A stretch of 63,564 nucleotides of DNA, filler included, from Coriobacteriales bacterium (GTDB taxonomy: Bacteria; Actinomycetota; Coriobacteriia; Coriobacteriales; UBA8131), in assembly GCA_031263105.1 (NCBI GenBank). It is 6 parts of 6 records of this genome, joined end to end, with 100 filler letters (N's around TTAATTAATTAA, not from the genome) between each part and the next. Parts side by side here need not be neighbours in the genome. Positions count along the whole stretch, not along the records: positions 1 to 10,801 come from JAISGJ010000010.1; positions 10,902 to 36,778 come from JAISGJ010000029.1; 4 more parts are not named here. One strand, written 5' to 3'. This document shows positions 9,258 to 18,856 of this stretch, piece by piece. Position 1 is the first letter of the stretch, and the number at the start of each line of letters is the position of its first letter. The notes beneath the pieces were generated by a model. The model was not told the DNA's origin and made no database searches. It saw only the letters and a program-made list of their open reading frames with translations. The position numbers and the translations under genes were made by a program.

Positions 9258-10580
9258 TCACAGGCCTCTTTCGCCCTGAACGGCACCCTCTCCTTGGCGG
9301 GTGCTCCAGCCCCGCATGATGGTCTGGCTGCGGTCGGGGCCCACGGCGATGAGGGACGCCGGGACGCCCGCCAGCTCCTCGATGCGGGCGATGTAGTCCT
9401 GCGCCTGACGGGGCAGCTCCTCGAAACTGCGGCAACCCGTGATGTCGGTCCGCCAGCCGGGCATCTCCTCATAGACCGGCTGCGCGTAATGGAAGGCCGT
9501 CTGCGAGCCCGGCACGGTGGTGTAGCGCCTGCCGTCGTGCTCGTAGGCGACACAGATCTTGATGGTGTCGAGGCAGCTCAGCACGTCGAGCTTCGTGATG
9601 CAGAGGTCGGTCAGGCCGTTGACCTCGGCGGCATACCTCATGATGACGGCGTCGTACCAGCCGCAACGCCGTGCACGCCCCGTGGTCACACCGAACTCCG
9701 CGCCCACGTCGCCGAGCAGCGCACCGGTCTCGTCGGAAAGCTCGGTCGGGAAGGGCCCCGAGCCGACCCTGGTGATATACGCCTTTGCTATGCCCAGCAC
9801 CTTGCTGATGGTGGTGGGCCCCACCCCGCTGCCGATGGCGGCGCCCCCGGCCGTGCACGACGAGCTCGTGACAAAGGGATAGGTCCCGTGGTCGATGTCG
9901 AGCAAGGTGCCCTGCGCGCCCTCGAACAGCACCCACTGCCCCAGGCGCAGGGCCTCGTTGAGCAGCTGGCCCGACTCGGTGATGTGGGGGATGATGCGCG
10001 GCGCATAGGAGAGGTACTCGTCGCAGACCGCATCGGCATCGAAGGGCTGGGCCCCGTAGAGCTTCACGAGCAAGTCGTTCTTCTCCACAAGCGCGGTCCG
10101 TACCTTCAGGCGGAAGATATGCTCGTCGAGCAGGTCCTGCACCCGGATGCCCGAGCGCGCGGCCTTGTCCTGGTAGGCAGGGCCGATGCCCCGCTTGGTG
10201 GTGCCGATCTCGTTCGAGCCGAGACGCCGCTCGCTCTCCGCGTCCAGGGCACGGTGATAGGGCATGATGAGGTGGGCGTTTCCCGAGACGAGCAGGCGCT
10301 CGGTGGAAAGGCCGTCCTTCTCGAGCATGTCCATCTCCTCGATGAGCACGCGCGGGTCGATGACGCAGCCGTTGCCGATGAGCGGCGTGATGGAGGGATA
10401 CATGATTCCCGAGGGAATGAGGTGCAGCGCAAGCCGCCTGTCGCCATGGATGACGGTATGCCCCGCGTTGTTGCCGCCCTGAAAGCGCACCACGTAATCG
10501 AAGTCACGTGCGATAAGGTCGGTGACCTTGCCCTTGCCCTCGTCGCCCCACTGGGTGCCCACCAATACGATTCCCGGCAT
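9258..10580 (-). CDS. purA: Adenylosuccinate synthetase
   Basis: [45 protein letters not shown]. Confidence 0.98.
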   Translation of the reverse strand: MPGIVLVGTQWGDEGKGKVTDLIARDFDYVVRFQGGNNAGHTVIHGDRRLALHLIPSGIMYPSITPLIGNGCVIDPRVLIEEMDMLEKDGLSTERLLVSGNAHLIMPYHRALDAESERRLGSNEIGTTKRGIGPAYQDKAARSGIRVQDLLDEHIFRLKVRTALVEKNDLLVKLYGAQPFDADAVCDEYLSYAPRIIPHITESGQLLNEALRLGQWVLFEGAQGTLLDIDHGTYPFVTSSSCTAGGAAIGSGVGPTTISKVLGIAKAYITRVGSGPFPTELSDETGALLGDVGAEFGVTTGRARRCGWYDAVIMRYAAEVNGLTDLCITKLDVLSCLDTIKICVAYEHDGRRYTTVPGSQTAFHYAQPVYEEMPGWRTDITGCRSFEELPRQAQDYIARIEELAGVPASLIAVGPDRSQTIMRGWSTRQGEGAVQGERGL

Positions 10581-10673
10581 TCTCTCTCCTTGCCTGTGTC
10601 TGCGTCGCACGCCGCGCCGCACCTGCGCCACGTCTTTTTTGCGCGTCCAAGTATAGCGCAGTGCCTCTTCCCC

Positions 10674-10801
10674 GTAGGGGACGGCGGCCATGAGGGCCGC
10701 CAGCCACGGAAACACCGAGCAGTGCCCCTTCCCCGTAGGGGACGGCGTCCCCGACGTCCCGCCGGGGCGGGACGGACTCGCGACGGGCCGATTGTATCCC
10801 C
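10674..10801. repeat. GTAG-type REP-like palindromes; 10683-10801 is the reverse complement of 63446-63564
   Basis: Two GTAGGGGACGGCG-headed hairpins; exact reverse-complement match to the window end. Confidence 0.8.
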
Positions 10802-10901
10802 NNNNNNNNNNNNNNNNNNNNNNNNNNNNNNNNNNNNNNNNNNNNTTAATTAATTAANNNNNNNNNNNNNNNNNNNNNNNNNNNNNNNNNNNNNNNNNNN
10901 N

Positions 10902-11068
10902 CCACTGTCATTCCGAGCCCCCACTGTCATTCCGAGCCTGTCGAGGAATCCTCGACCGCACCAGCGGCCGACCGCAGGTCGAAGGGCCCACTGGCCTGCC
11001 GTTGGACACTGCGTGTCCAAGGATTCCTCGGCGGAGCTCGGAATGACAGTGGGGGTGTGACGTGTAAC
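10902..11068. repeat. Palindromic GTCATTCCGAGC-family repeat
   Basis: CCACTGTCATTCCGAGCC..GCTCGGAATGACAGTGG. Confidence 0.9.
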
Positions 11069-11350
11069 CATAAGTCGGCTGTCAGTTCCCTGATACGGTA
11101 ACCAAAAGAGAGGGCTTGGGTGTGCTGAGTCTTGCTCTTCAAGACGCGAAGGGATACGGCAGAATTTCTCCTTGAACGCGACGACGCAGGCCAATGGCAC
11201 TGGGCTGTCATGCTTTAAGCGCTCATCTGATAGCGTTCGCTGCAGAACTGCTTGAAATCCTCAGTGACAAAATCCTCGGAGTCATCGCTGTCCTCCGAGT
11301 TGAAGTACAGCCAAGTATCCACGTTATCCGAAATGAAGCTTCTAATAGCA

Positions 11351-11380
11351 CGAAAACCCCTGATAGCAGGGATTTTCGAT
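11351..11380 (-). terminator. Hairpin downstream of tRNA-Ala(CGC)
   Basis: CGAAAACCCCTGATAGCAGGGATTTTCG inverted repeat. Confidence 0.6.
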
Positions 11381-11389
11381 TGGATTTCA

Positions 11390-11465
11390 TGGTGGAGATG
11401 ATGGGACTCGAACCCACGACTTCCACGTTGCGAACGTGGCGCTCTCCCAGCTGAGCTACATCCCC
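11390..11465 (-). tRNA. tRNA-Ala(CGC)
   Basis: Reverse complement GGGGATGTAGCTCAGCTGGGAGAGCGCCACGTTCGCAACGTGG..CATCTCCACCA. Confidence 0.96.
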
Positions 11466-11588
11466 AGAACCGGTACTGCCCAAAAGGGGCAAGGGGTATT
11501 CTAGCACACCTTTGCGCCGTTCGTGATATACTCTCAGTCCTGCGGTTTTGCCGCAGTCCCACAGCCTTATGGTTGTGCGGTGCGACAC

Positions 11589-11666
11589 GGTGGGTGTAGC
11601 TCAGTTGGTTAGAGTGCCAGGTTGTGGCCCTGGAGGTCGTGGGTTCGAGCCCCATCATCCACCCCA
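11589..11666 (+). tRNA. tRNA-His(GTG)
   Basis: G-1, C73 discriminator, anticodon arm CCAGG-TTGTGGC-CCTGG, CCA. Confidence 0.96.
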
Positions 11667-11859
11667 GAAAACCTTGACGGCTTCTGCCTTGGGGTACCTG
11701 CCGCATGAGAAGACGGGACTCGAAGCCAGACATGGGGCGAGGCGTTATGCGAAGGTGCCGGCGGCACCTTCGTAGCCGAGCGTCCGAAATGAGCAGCGCG
11801 AACGAGGACACCAGACGTGAGCGTAGCGAACGGCTGTTCGAGCCCCGTCATCCACCCCA
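11667..11859 (+). repeat. tRNA-linked element ending in a 24-bp copy of the tRNA-His 3' end
   Basis: 11836-11859 matches 11643-11666 with one mismatch; internal palindrome at 11750-11772. Confidence 0.7.
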
Positions 11860-11935
11860 AGTCCCCCAAAGAGGTATCGAGAGCCCCTGAAGCCAGGGAC
11901 TCTCTCGTGTTTTCTCAGATCTCGGCGAGAAGATG

Positions 11936-12095
11936 GTTACAGTTCACACCCCGCTGTCATCCCGAGCCTGTCGAGGGATCTTCGACCGCGCAAGCGGTCG
12001 ACTGCGGCCGGAAGACGCTTCGACCTGCGGTCGGCTGCTTCGCAGCCGCAGATCCCTCGGCCGGCTCGGGATGACAGCGGGGTGTGAACTGTAAC
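11936..12095. repeat. Palindromic repeat, cleanest copy (160 bp, perfect 33-bp terminal inverted repeats)
   Basis: GTTACAGTTCACACCCCGCTGTCATCCCGAGCC at 11936-11968 and its reverse complement at 12063-12095. Confidence 0.93.
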
Positions 12096-12673
12096 AGAAA
12101 TTGCGTATCGAGGAGGACTATCTGGGCGCTGCCCACTTCGATGGCCGCGCCCGGCACAAGGCAGCGGGTGCCCTTCAGGGGGATGCCGTCGATCGATGCC
12201 TGCTGCGTCGAGCCCCTGTCCTCTATCCACACGGATCCTTGGGAACAATACAGCCTGAGGACATGCCGCCTTGACTCGGTATGGGGCAGCACGATGTCGT
12301 TGTCCCGTGCGCAGCCTATCGTGAGTTGCGCCCCCTCGGTCCCTCGCAGGTAGACGTCGTAACCGAAAAGCCCCGAGACCGTAACGTGGAAGCGGAGCTG
12401 TGGGGGCGGGGCGGCGTCCGGGGCGGGGGCGGGGGCATCGGGGCTGTCGCCCGCATCGAGGGCAGGGGCGGCGTCCCGTGGCTCCTCGACGAAGAGGTCG
12501 GCGTACTCGTCGGCATAGCCGTCGATGCCGTCTCCGCCGTCCGAAGGCGCATGGGGTGCCAGCGGGGGCGAGGATGAGAGCGGGGGCAACGCACCGACGA
12601 AGGGTTGCAGGCATCCGTAACAGACGCCTGTGTCCTCGAAAGCGGTGCTTGCGCAATGGGGGCAGGTCCTCAT
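11957..12673 (-). CDS. Zn-ribbon plus FHA-domain protein; C-terminus read through the repeat
   Basis: CPHC..CYGC; LTIG..DNDIVL..SRRH..IEDRGST FHA-like motifs. Confidence 0.7.
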   Translation of the reverse strand: MRTCPHCASTAFEDTGVCYGCLQPFVGALPPLSSSPPLAPHAPSDGGDGIDGYADEYADLFVEEPRDAAPALDAGDSPDAPAPAPDAAPPPQLRFHVTVSGLFGYDVYLRGTEGAQLTIGCARDNDIVLPHTESRRHVLRLYCSQGSVWIEDRGSTQQASIDGIPLKGTRCLVPGAAIEVGSAQIVLLDTQFLLQFTPRCHPEPAEGSAAAKQPTAGRSVFRPQSTACAVEDPSTGSG

Positions 12674-13020
12674 CGCCCCTCGCCTCCTGCTCCACAGGCC
12701 GTAAGCCCGATGTCGTCGCCGGGTTCGAACCACGGCTCCGTCTCACGGCAGCGGCGCTCAAGGGTGCAGGCCGCCCCTCTGCAGGAGAGGCGGCGGCACG
12801 GCACAAGCCCTCGCACCGACTTGAGCACACGCCCCCTCCGGTCGACGAAGGCGATGTCCAAGGGCTCCCGCATGCCGAAGGTGTGTATGCGGGCGCACGG
12901 TGCCAGCACGAGAATCTCCCCTTGCGCGCAGACGGCAGGGTTCAGCAGTCCCTTCATGCGGCCTGTCAGGCTTGTGGCAAGCACGAACGCGCTGCCGTCC
13001 CCTGCGGTTGCAGTACCCAT
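12670..13020 (-). CDS. DUF192-family protein
   Basis: RMKGLL..IHTFGMREPLDIAFVD. Confidence 0.85.
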   Translation of the reverse strand: MGTATAGDGSAFVLATSLTGRMKGLLNPAVCAQGEILVLAPCARIHTFGMREPLDIAFVDRRGRVLKSVRGLVPCRRLSCRGAACTLERRCRETEPWFEPGDDIGLTACGAGGEGR

Positions 13021-13032
13021 TTCAAGCCTTTC

Positions 13033-13509
13033 TCACAGAAGCTCGGCGACGACCGAGGTGCCCTCGCCGCATTCGGAGCAGACGAACAGGACGTAAACCC
13101 AGGGAAGGTCGGCGGACATATCCTTTCGCACATAGCTTGCGATGCCCTGGGCGTTCATCTCAAGCGCCTCCCAACCCTGCGAGCGCATGACACCGTCGAG
13201 GCACAGCAGTGTCTGGGACACGTCGCCCTCGGCCGCATACCCCACGACCGCTCCCTCCTGCGCGATCCCTACGATCTCGAAGCCTGCGGGGAGGAGGCCG
13301 AGCGGGTCGTCGAGGCCGCCGCTGTCGCCCGCGCCCGACTCGGCACCGCCATCCAAGCCGGAAGCCAGCAGGAAGTCAAAGGCCCCGGGTGCCCGCTCGC
13401 ACCGTTCAAGGCCCTGCTGTACGGCGAGCAGCACCAAGAGGGCGCCGAACGCGGCAAGGAACGCAAGCACGGGGCGCATACGGCCCCTCTGACGCACGGT
13501 GCCCCTCAT
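13033..13509 (-). CDS. Hypothetical Tad-locus membrane-anchored protein
   Basis: N-terminal TM helix; translationally coupled within the operon. Confidence 0.6.
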   Translation of the reverse strand: MRGTVRQRGRMRPVLAFLAAFGALLVLLAVQQGLERCERAPGAFDFLLASGLDGGAESGAGDSGGLDDPLGLLPAGFEIVGIAQEGAVVGYAAEGDVSQTLLCLDGVMRSQGWEALEMNAQGIASYVRKDMSADLPWVYVLFVCSECGEGTSVVAELL

Positions 13510-14102
13510 AGCAGGGCACCCGGTCGAAAGGGGTCTATGGTGAAGCTGCGCGTATGGGTGACCCCCGAGAACCTGACCCCGAAAAACGAGTTCCCGAACC
13601 CCCACGGGCGGTACTCCAAGGTGCATATGTAGACCTCCTGATGGGGGACGAGCGCGAAGGAAGGGCCCTCCTGCCGCGAGGACGGGGAGCCGTCGGAGCC
13701 GAGGGCGTAGGCCCTGACCGAGGGGCGCAGGTAGTCGGCCTGCCCCTCGAGCATCTCCTCCAAGGCCTGCTCCACCCGCTCGCGCGAGCTGGCAAGCCCG
13801 TATCCGCCTGCGGCAGGCGAGGTCGCCGCGCTCCTCACCACCTCGGCCGCCATGCGGTCGAAACGCGCGCACTCGCCCAAGAACACCATGACGTTGAAGC
13901 TGACGGCGACCAGCGCAAGGACGACAGGGATGCAGACGGCCAGCTCCACGGACATCTGCCCTCCCCTGCCGAGGGCGCCCAGAGCGGCGGCCCTCTGGGC
14001 GGCGGCCCCCCGGACGGCCGCAACTCCTCGGGCAGAGGCCCCCCGGGCGTCGGCGAGTCCCCGAACTGCGGCAAACCCTCGGGCCCTACTCCCAGACGTC
14101 AT
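13506..14102 (-). CDS. TadE-like pseudopilin
   Basis: GQMSVELA prepilin motif followed by a hydrophobic helix. Confidence 0.75.
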   Translation of the reverse strand: MTSGSRARGFAAVRGLADARGASARGVAAVRGAAAQRAAALGALGRGGQMSVELAVCIPVVLALVAVSFNVMVFLGECARFDRMAAEVVRSAATSPAAGGYGLASSRERVEQALEEMLEGQADYLRPSVRAYALGSDGSPSSRQEGPSFALVPHQEVYICTLEYRPWGFGNSFFGVRFSGVTHTRSFTIDPFRPGALL

Positions 14103-16386
14103 GCCCGCCTCCCCCTCCTATCCTCGACGGCACGAGCGAAAGGAGCTCGTCCAGAAGCCCCTTGCCCGCATCGACGACCGACGACGGAAGCGTCACCTTG
14201 ACGGGTATCTGGGGCAGGCCCGGCGCGTCGCCGAACGAGATGGTGAAGAGGGTGAACTCCCCTTCGAGCTGTGCCGAGCCGCGCCTGCGCACCTCCGCAA
14301 GCAGGCTGCCGATGGGGTCCGTCGCCAGGCTGCTGCGGCCTGCCCCCGGCAAGGCCGAGAGCGCCTCCTTCGCGCGCACGAGGCCGGCGGCGGCACTCGA
14401 GCCGCTGCTGCGCAGGACGTGGATGCTGTTGACCAGCACGGGCTTGGGCGTGTCGAGCTCGACCTCCTGCAGCCCCACCGCCTCTATCGCCTCGTGCAGG
14501 GCGTCCTCGCACCAAGACGCAAGCGGCGTCGCGTTCACCAGCGGAACCGAGCGCAGGACGTCGCCCATCCCTCGCGTCAACGACCCGACCCCCTCGTTAT
14601 AGAAGAGGAGCGTCCCGCCCCAGAGGTCGAACACCTGGTCGAAGGCCCCCAGCGACCTTCCCAACGCACTGTCCCAGTCGGCATCCTCCTTGGCCTTCTC
14701 AAGGAACGACCCTATGAGGTTGCCGCTGTCGTCGGCGACGTCGTCGGCAAGCGCGGCAGCGGACAGGGCCATCCTCGGCTGCAAGAGCTGTCCGCCCCCT
14801 GCCGAGCCGCCTGCGGACAGGCGGGGAATCCCCTGCACGGTGGCATCGATGGCCACTGCGACACAGCCGTTGCGCCCCGGAGGACGGGGCGCGACACGCG
14901 GGGCATCGAGGGCAGCGAGCGCCTCTTCGAAGGTGCCCAGTGCACCCTCGGCACGCTCCTTCGCCTCGTCGGTCTCCTCCTGGTACGTCTGGGACGCCTG
15001 CTCATAGCGCTCGGCCGCCGCAGCGACGACACGGTAGTGGTACTCGAAGCCGTTCTCTATGGACGACGAGGCGCTGGCGACCCTGCCGATGGTGCCGAGG
15101 CCCAGGTTGCACTGGGAGCACGCATCGTATGAGCCCGCCTCCAAGTCGGCGATGGAGCCGTGGCCTGCGAGGTCGCCTTCCCAGCCCGGGCAGGACACGA
15201 CGCCATGGAGGCATCCCTCGGAATCGACGGGGAACACGCGGTCGGTGTACAGATGCGTCTCGCGCACCTCGGCATTGTTGCGTGCAAGCAGAGGGAAGTA
15301 TGCCGTAAGGACGCCGTCGGCGTCGGTATGCGCATAGCCTTGCGCCATCTCCTCGACCGCATAGGAGTAGAACATCCGTCGCGCGACCGAGCGGACCTGC
15401 TCCGCAAGCGTCGGGTCGGCCGGCGCCTCTGTCGCCAGACGCTTCTGGTAATAGGCCCTCGCCCGGTCGAGGGCGTAGTCGAACCGCCAAAGTTCGACCG
15501 AGGAGAACTGCGGGTTCTGTGCGCCCGCAAGCCCCGCAAGGCGTTGCGCACGTTCGAACATGCAGTAGTTGGGGTCCGCGCCGCAGTCTGCCTCGTAGCC
15601 CTCGCGCTTCGCCTCGTCCATCTCCTTGCGCGCCTCCTCGGCCTCTTCGGTCGCCTCGGAAGTCTCCCTGTTCTGCTCGTCGAGCGTATCGGCAGAGGCC
15701 TGCGCACCGTCGTCGTCGGGAAAGGCCATGCGCTCCCCTTCGAGGGGCACGAGTATCGCAAGCCCCCGATAGCGCACCTCGCCTGTGGGCGAGAAGCTGT
15801 TGGCGCCGATGGTGGCCGCCGCGTTGGCCACCGCAAGGAAGGGCAGCGCCTTCTGCAGCGTGTCAAGGGCGCTGACCGCCTGCTTCGCACAGGCGTCCCG
15901 TGCATCGAACACCCCGCGCCCGAAGTCCATGAGCTTCGCCCCTATCGCCTGACAGGAGGGGATGCAGCTCACCACGACAGCGACACCGAAGACCAGCAGG
16001 CCGAACAGGCTCAAGGAAAGGATGACCGCATCGGCCACGCGCGCAACGACGTAGTACTCGCCCACGACGTTCTCCGCAGCAAGCGCACCTGCATCGGCCG
16101 CGAACTGTATGTCGCCTGCGGTGGAGTTCACCCAGTACACCTGGGCAGTGGTAAGCAGCAGCGCAATCACCAGCAGCAAGGCGATGACCACGCCCACGCT
16201 GGTGAAGCCCCCCTCCCCCGTGACGAACCAGAAGTCCCGCCGCCTGTCCGACAGCGGCACCTGAGTGCCTTGCGGCAACGCCCGTCTGCCCGGCGACGCC
16301 TGCCCCTTCGACCGCTGTCGCCGGGCACCCGGCAGCTGCCGGGTGCCCGGCGGCGCCTGCCCGTCCCTCTGTGCCATCAGTCCCAT
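14086..16386 (-). CDS. Large TadG-like pseudopilin/adhesin
   Basis: EGGFTSV plus TM, IQFAADAGALAA Tad motif, Cys-rich large C-terminal region. Confidence 0.7.
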   Translation of the reverse strand: MGLMAQRDGQAPPGTRQLPGARRQRSKGQASPGRRALPQGTQVPLSDRRRDFWFVTGEGGFTSVGVVIALLLVIALLLTTAQVYWVNSTAGDIQFAADAGALAAENVVGEYYVVARVADAVILSLSLFGLLVFGVAVVVSCIPSCQAIGAKLMDFGRGVFDARDACAKQAVSALDTLQKALPFLAVANAAATIGANSFSPTGEVRYRGLAILVPLEGERMAFPDDDGAQASADTLDEQNRETSEATEEAEEARKEMDEAKREGYEADCGADPNYCMFERAQRLAGLAGAQNPQFSSVELWRFDYALDRARAYYQKRLATEAPADPTLAEQVRSVARRMFYSYAVEEMAQGYAHTDADGVLTAYFPLLARNNAEVRETHLYTDRVFPVDSEGCLHGVVSCPGWEGDLAGHGSIADLEAGSYDACSQCNLGLGTIGRVASASSSIENGFEYHYRVVAAAAERYEQASQTYQEETDEAKERAEGALGTFEEALAALDAPRVAPRPPGRNGCVAVAIDATVQGIPRLSAGGSAGGGQLLQPRMALSAAALADDVADDSGNLIGSFLEKAKEDADWDSALGRSLGAFDQVFDLWGGTLLFYNEGVGSLTRGMGDVLRSVPLVNATPLASWCEDALHEAIEAVGLQEVELDTPKPVLVNSIHVLRSSGSSAAAGLVRAKEALSALPGAGRSSLATDPIGSLLAEVRRRGSAQLEGEFTLFTISFGDAPGLPQIPVKVTLPSSVVDAGKGLLDELLSLVPSRIGGGGGHDVWE

Positions 16387-17012
16387 TGCTCCACCCAATC
16401 CTGCGGCGTTCCTGCTCCCGCATCGTGTGCCCATTCCGGCTGCGAAGGCGCCGATGCCTCGACCTCTTGGGTCAGATAGCCCCGCGCGTCGCACATCCCC
16501 AACAGCTCCGCCCCCCAGCCGAGCAAGGGCAGGGGCCTGACCTTGTTGACGATCCGCACGGACACGACGGCGGCGTTCTCGTCTCCCCGTTGCTCTATCT
16601 TCCACGAACGCGTCACCCCGCGCACATGGAAGATGTCGACAGGAGGAATCGCCGCCAGACGCCTCCTGATGTACTCCTCGTACCGCTCGTCCGAATAGCT
16701 CCCCTGCACCGTCTTGGTCGCAAGCAGGCGGCAGCCCTCGTATGCGGCGTTCTCCATGACCATCCGGTTATACAGGAGGATGCCCGGCTGACAGAGCATC
16801 AGTATCAGCAGGAACATGAGCGGGATGAAGACGGCCGCCTCGACCGTGCCCTGCCCCCGCGACGAACACAGGGCCGTGCCCGCCCTTCTGCACAGGCGAC
16901 GCGCAGGAGGGGCGCCGGACGCTTCGGCCCCAAGCCGGAGCATCCCCTGTTCAGGCATCCCCTGTTCAGGCGTCCCCTGTTCAGGCGTCCCCTGTTCAAT
17001 ACAGCAGCACAT
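16377..17012 (-). CDS. tadE: TadE-family pseudopilin
   Basis: RGQGTVEAA plus TM, AAYEGCR; 15-bp tandem repeat near the N-terminus (16941-16998); start uncertain. Confidence 0.78.
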   Translation of the reverse strand: MCCCIEQGTPEQGTPEQGMPEQGMLRLGAEASGAPPARRLCRRAGTALCSSRGQGTVEAAVFIPLMFLLILMLCQPGILLYNRMVMENAAYEGCRLLATKTVQGSYSDERYEEYIRRRLAAIPPVDIFHVRGVTRSWKIEQRGDENAAVVSVRIVNKVRPLPLLGWGAELLGMCDARGYLTQEVEASAPSQPEWAHDAGAGTPQDWVEQWD

Positions 17013-17190
17013 CGCCCACCGACCCTACCGGGTTGCCGGCTATGGTATGCGAGGCGCTCTGGGCGGCATGCTCGACGAAAAGGCCGGCATCGAGCACCCG
17101 CATGAGCAGGCCAAGCGCCACGACGAGCACGACGAGCACGGTGCCGACGACGACGTACTCGACCATTGCCTGCCCGAGCCTATTTCCCAT
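16996..17190 (-). CDS. Small Flp/TadE-like prepilin
   Basis: GQAMVEY followed by a hydrophobic helix. Confidence 0.75.
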   Translation of the reverse strand: MGNRLGQAMVEYVVVGTVLVVLVVALGLLMRVLDAGLFVEHAAQSASHTIAGNPVGSVGDVLLY

Positions 17191-17830
17191 GGCCGTCCTC
17201 CTGTTCCTCGGCAAACTCGTTCGGATGGTCCACAGAGGGCTGTTGAGAGGCCGCAGTGCGCACCAAGGTCATCCGAAGGGGGTTCGACCCGTCGCGTTCC
17301 CGCAGAAGCCTCTCGGGGACGAGCGTGATGCTGAGCGAGGCCTCCCCATGGTCCCTGAGCACGCAGCCCCACGCCTCGCCGAACAGGTCGAGGTAGTCGG
17401 CCTCGACGAGCTCCATGCCGCTCTCGCGAAGCCGCAGGAGCAGTTCCCGGGCGACCTCCCTGCACGAACCGTCGCTGACGGCCCTCCAGGTCTCGACATA
17501 CGTCCCCTTCTCGTATCCTCTCGGTCGAAGCGAGGCGGGAAGCGCGAACGGCGGGGGCCGGGAGAACAGCCTGTCCTCGTCGAGGGCCTCCCCTTCCCCC
17601 TCCCCACGTCCCCGCACGGCATCCCCTGCGTGCGAACCGGAGGAGGAGCGAGCCGTGCCACCGACAGGCGCATCCGTCGGCTCGACGGATGCGCCCGGCA
17701 CCGCCTGCATGCGCAGGACAAGGACGGACACGGCCACCGCCGCAAGGAGGCAGAGCGCGACCTGCCGAGTCCGCCTTGCCCTGCGCATCTCCTCGCCCCT
17801 CACCGTCGGCCCCTTGTCATCGGCCCGCAT
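17180..17830 (-). CDS. Hypothetical Tad-locus membrane-anchored protein
   Basis: N-terminal TM; YLDLFGEAWGC segment; operon position. Confidence 0.6.
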   Translation of the reverse strand: MRADDKGPTVRGEEMRRARRTRQVALCLLAAVAVSVLVLRMQAVPGASVEPTDAPVGGTARSSSGSHAGDAVRGRGEGEGEALDEDRLFSRPPPFALPASLRPRGYEKGTYVETWRAVSDGSCREVARELLLRLRESGMELVEADYLDLFGEAWGCVLRDHGEASLSITLVPERLLRERDGSNPLRMTLVRTAASQQPSVDHPNEFAEEQEDGHGK

Positions 17831-17831
17831 C

Positions 17832-18056
17832 CTACAGCCCGTTGATTCCCTCGGATATCTCGTTCCAAAGCTCTTCGAGCCTGCCCCTGAACGCAACAAG
17901 GGCGATTATCGCTATCACCACCAGGACGCCGACCAAGATGGCGTACTCGGTCGTGCCCTGCCCCTTGGCCTCGGCGAGCTTCTGCCTCCCCGTAAGCCAT
18001 GCCCGCACCATCCGCTCGTTCACGTGCCTGCCTGCTTTCTTCCACATGACAATCAT
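17832..18056 (-). CDS. flp: Flp type IVb pilin
   Basis: GQGTTEYAILV Flp motif plus hydrophobic helix. Confidence 0.85.
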   Translation of the reverse strand: MIVMWKKAGRHVNERMVRAWLTGRQKLAEAKGQGTTEYAILVGVLVVIAIIALVAFRGRLEELWNEISEGINGL

Positions 18057-18742
18057 CCCATCTTCCTCATCAGGTCCAATACGATCGGCCCCATCACCAG
18101 CAGCAGCATCGCCGGCAGCACCAGCACGCCGGTCGGCAGCAGCATCTTCACGGGGGCCTTTGCCACCAGTTCCTGCCGCTTGGCGCGATACTCCTTCCGT
18201 GCCTCCTGCGCAAGGTCCAACAGGAGCTGGGTCATGGGCGCGCCGAAACGCAGGGCGCGCAGCACGCTGGAGCAGAAATGCTGGAACGACGGCGTGCCCA
18301 CCCGTTCCGCCAGCTCGCGCATCCCCTCGTCACGGCCCTTGAGCCCTCGTTGCCATACGCGCAACGACTCCTGGCAACAGCGCGCCAACGGTGTCTCGAA
18401 GCGCTCCGTGTACAGGGCGAATGCCTGCTCGAAGCCCATGCCCGCCTGCATCCCCAGCGCGACGACCTCGAGCAGGGCCGGCAGGTCCCGCTCAAAGGAC
18501 AGCGCGCGCCGTTCCCTCTCGCGCCGCTTCGACCGAGGGCCGAACGGCAGCCTCCCCAGAAAGGCCGCCAAGCCCTTGGGCATCCGGCCCTGCCCCGCCC
18601 CCTCGACGGCGCCCAGGCGGCGCTTGGCCTCCCCCTTGCTGTGCGCCCTGTCCCGTGCCTGAAGCCATTCATAGCCGAGAAGGCCGGCGGCAAAGGCCCC
18701 CATGAGAAGCGCCAAGGATAGCGCCGGCAGCAAAAACGACAT
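18053..18742 (-). CDS. tadC: TadC (T2SS F-family) platform protein
   Basis: LPALLEVVALGMQAG, KAPVKMLLP; AAGGAGG RBS upstream. Confidence 0.88.
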   Translation of the reverse strand: MSFLLPALSLALLMGAFAAGLLGYEWLQARDRAHSKGEAKRRLGAVEGAGQGRMPKGLAAFLGRLPFGPRSKRRERERRALSFERDLPALLEVVALGMQAGMGFEQAFALYTERFETPLARCCQESLRVWQRGLKGRDEGMRELAERVGTPSFQHFCSSVLRALRFGAPMTQLLLDLAQEARKEYRAKRQELVAKAPVKMLLPTGVLVLPAMLLLVMGPIVLDLMRKMG

Positions 18743-18757
18743 CACGAACACCTCCTT

Positions 18758-18856
18758 GGGAGACGACGGTCAATGCCTGTGTGCCGGATTCCGAGTCAGT
18801 CTGCCCCGTCCCCGTTCGGGCGGACGGCGGCATGCAGGCATTGACCGTCGTCTCCC
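18758..18856. repeat. Long intergenic inverted repeat between tadB and tadC
   Basis: GGGAGACGACGGTCAATGCCTG and its perfect reverse complement (22 bp). Confidence 0.8.

Noticed and set aside
10802..10901. TTAATTAATTAA within N runs (five sites)
   Set aside because: Artificial six-frame-stop contig linker, not biology
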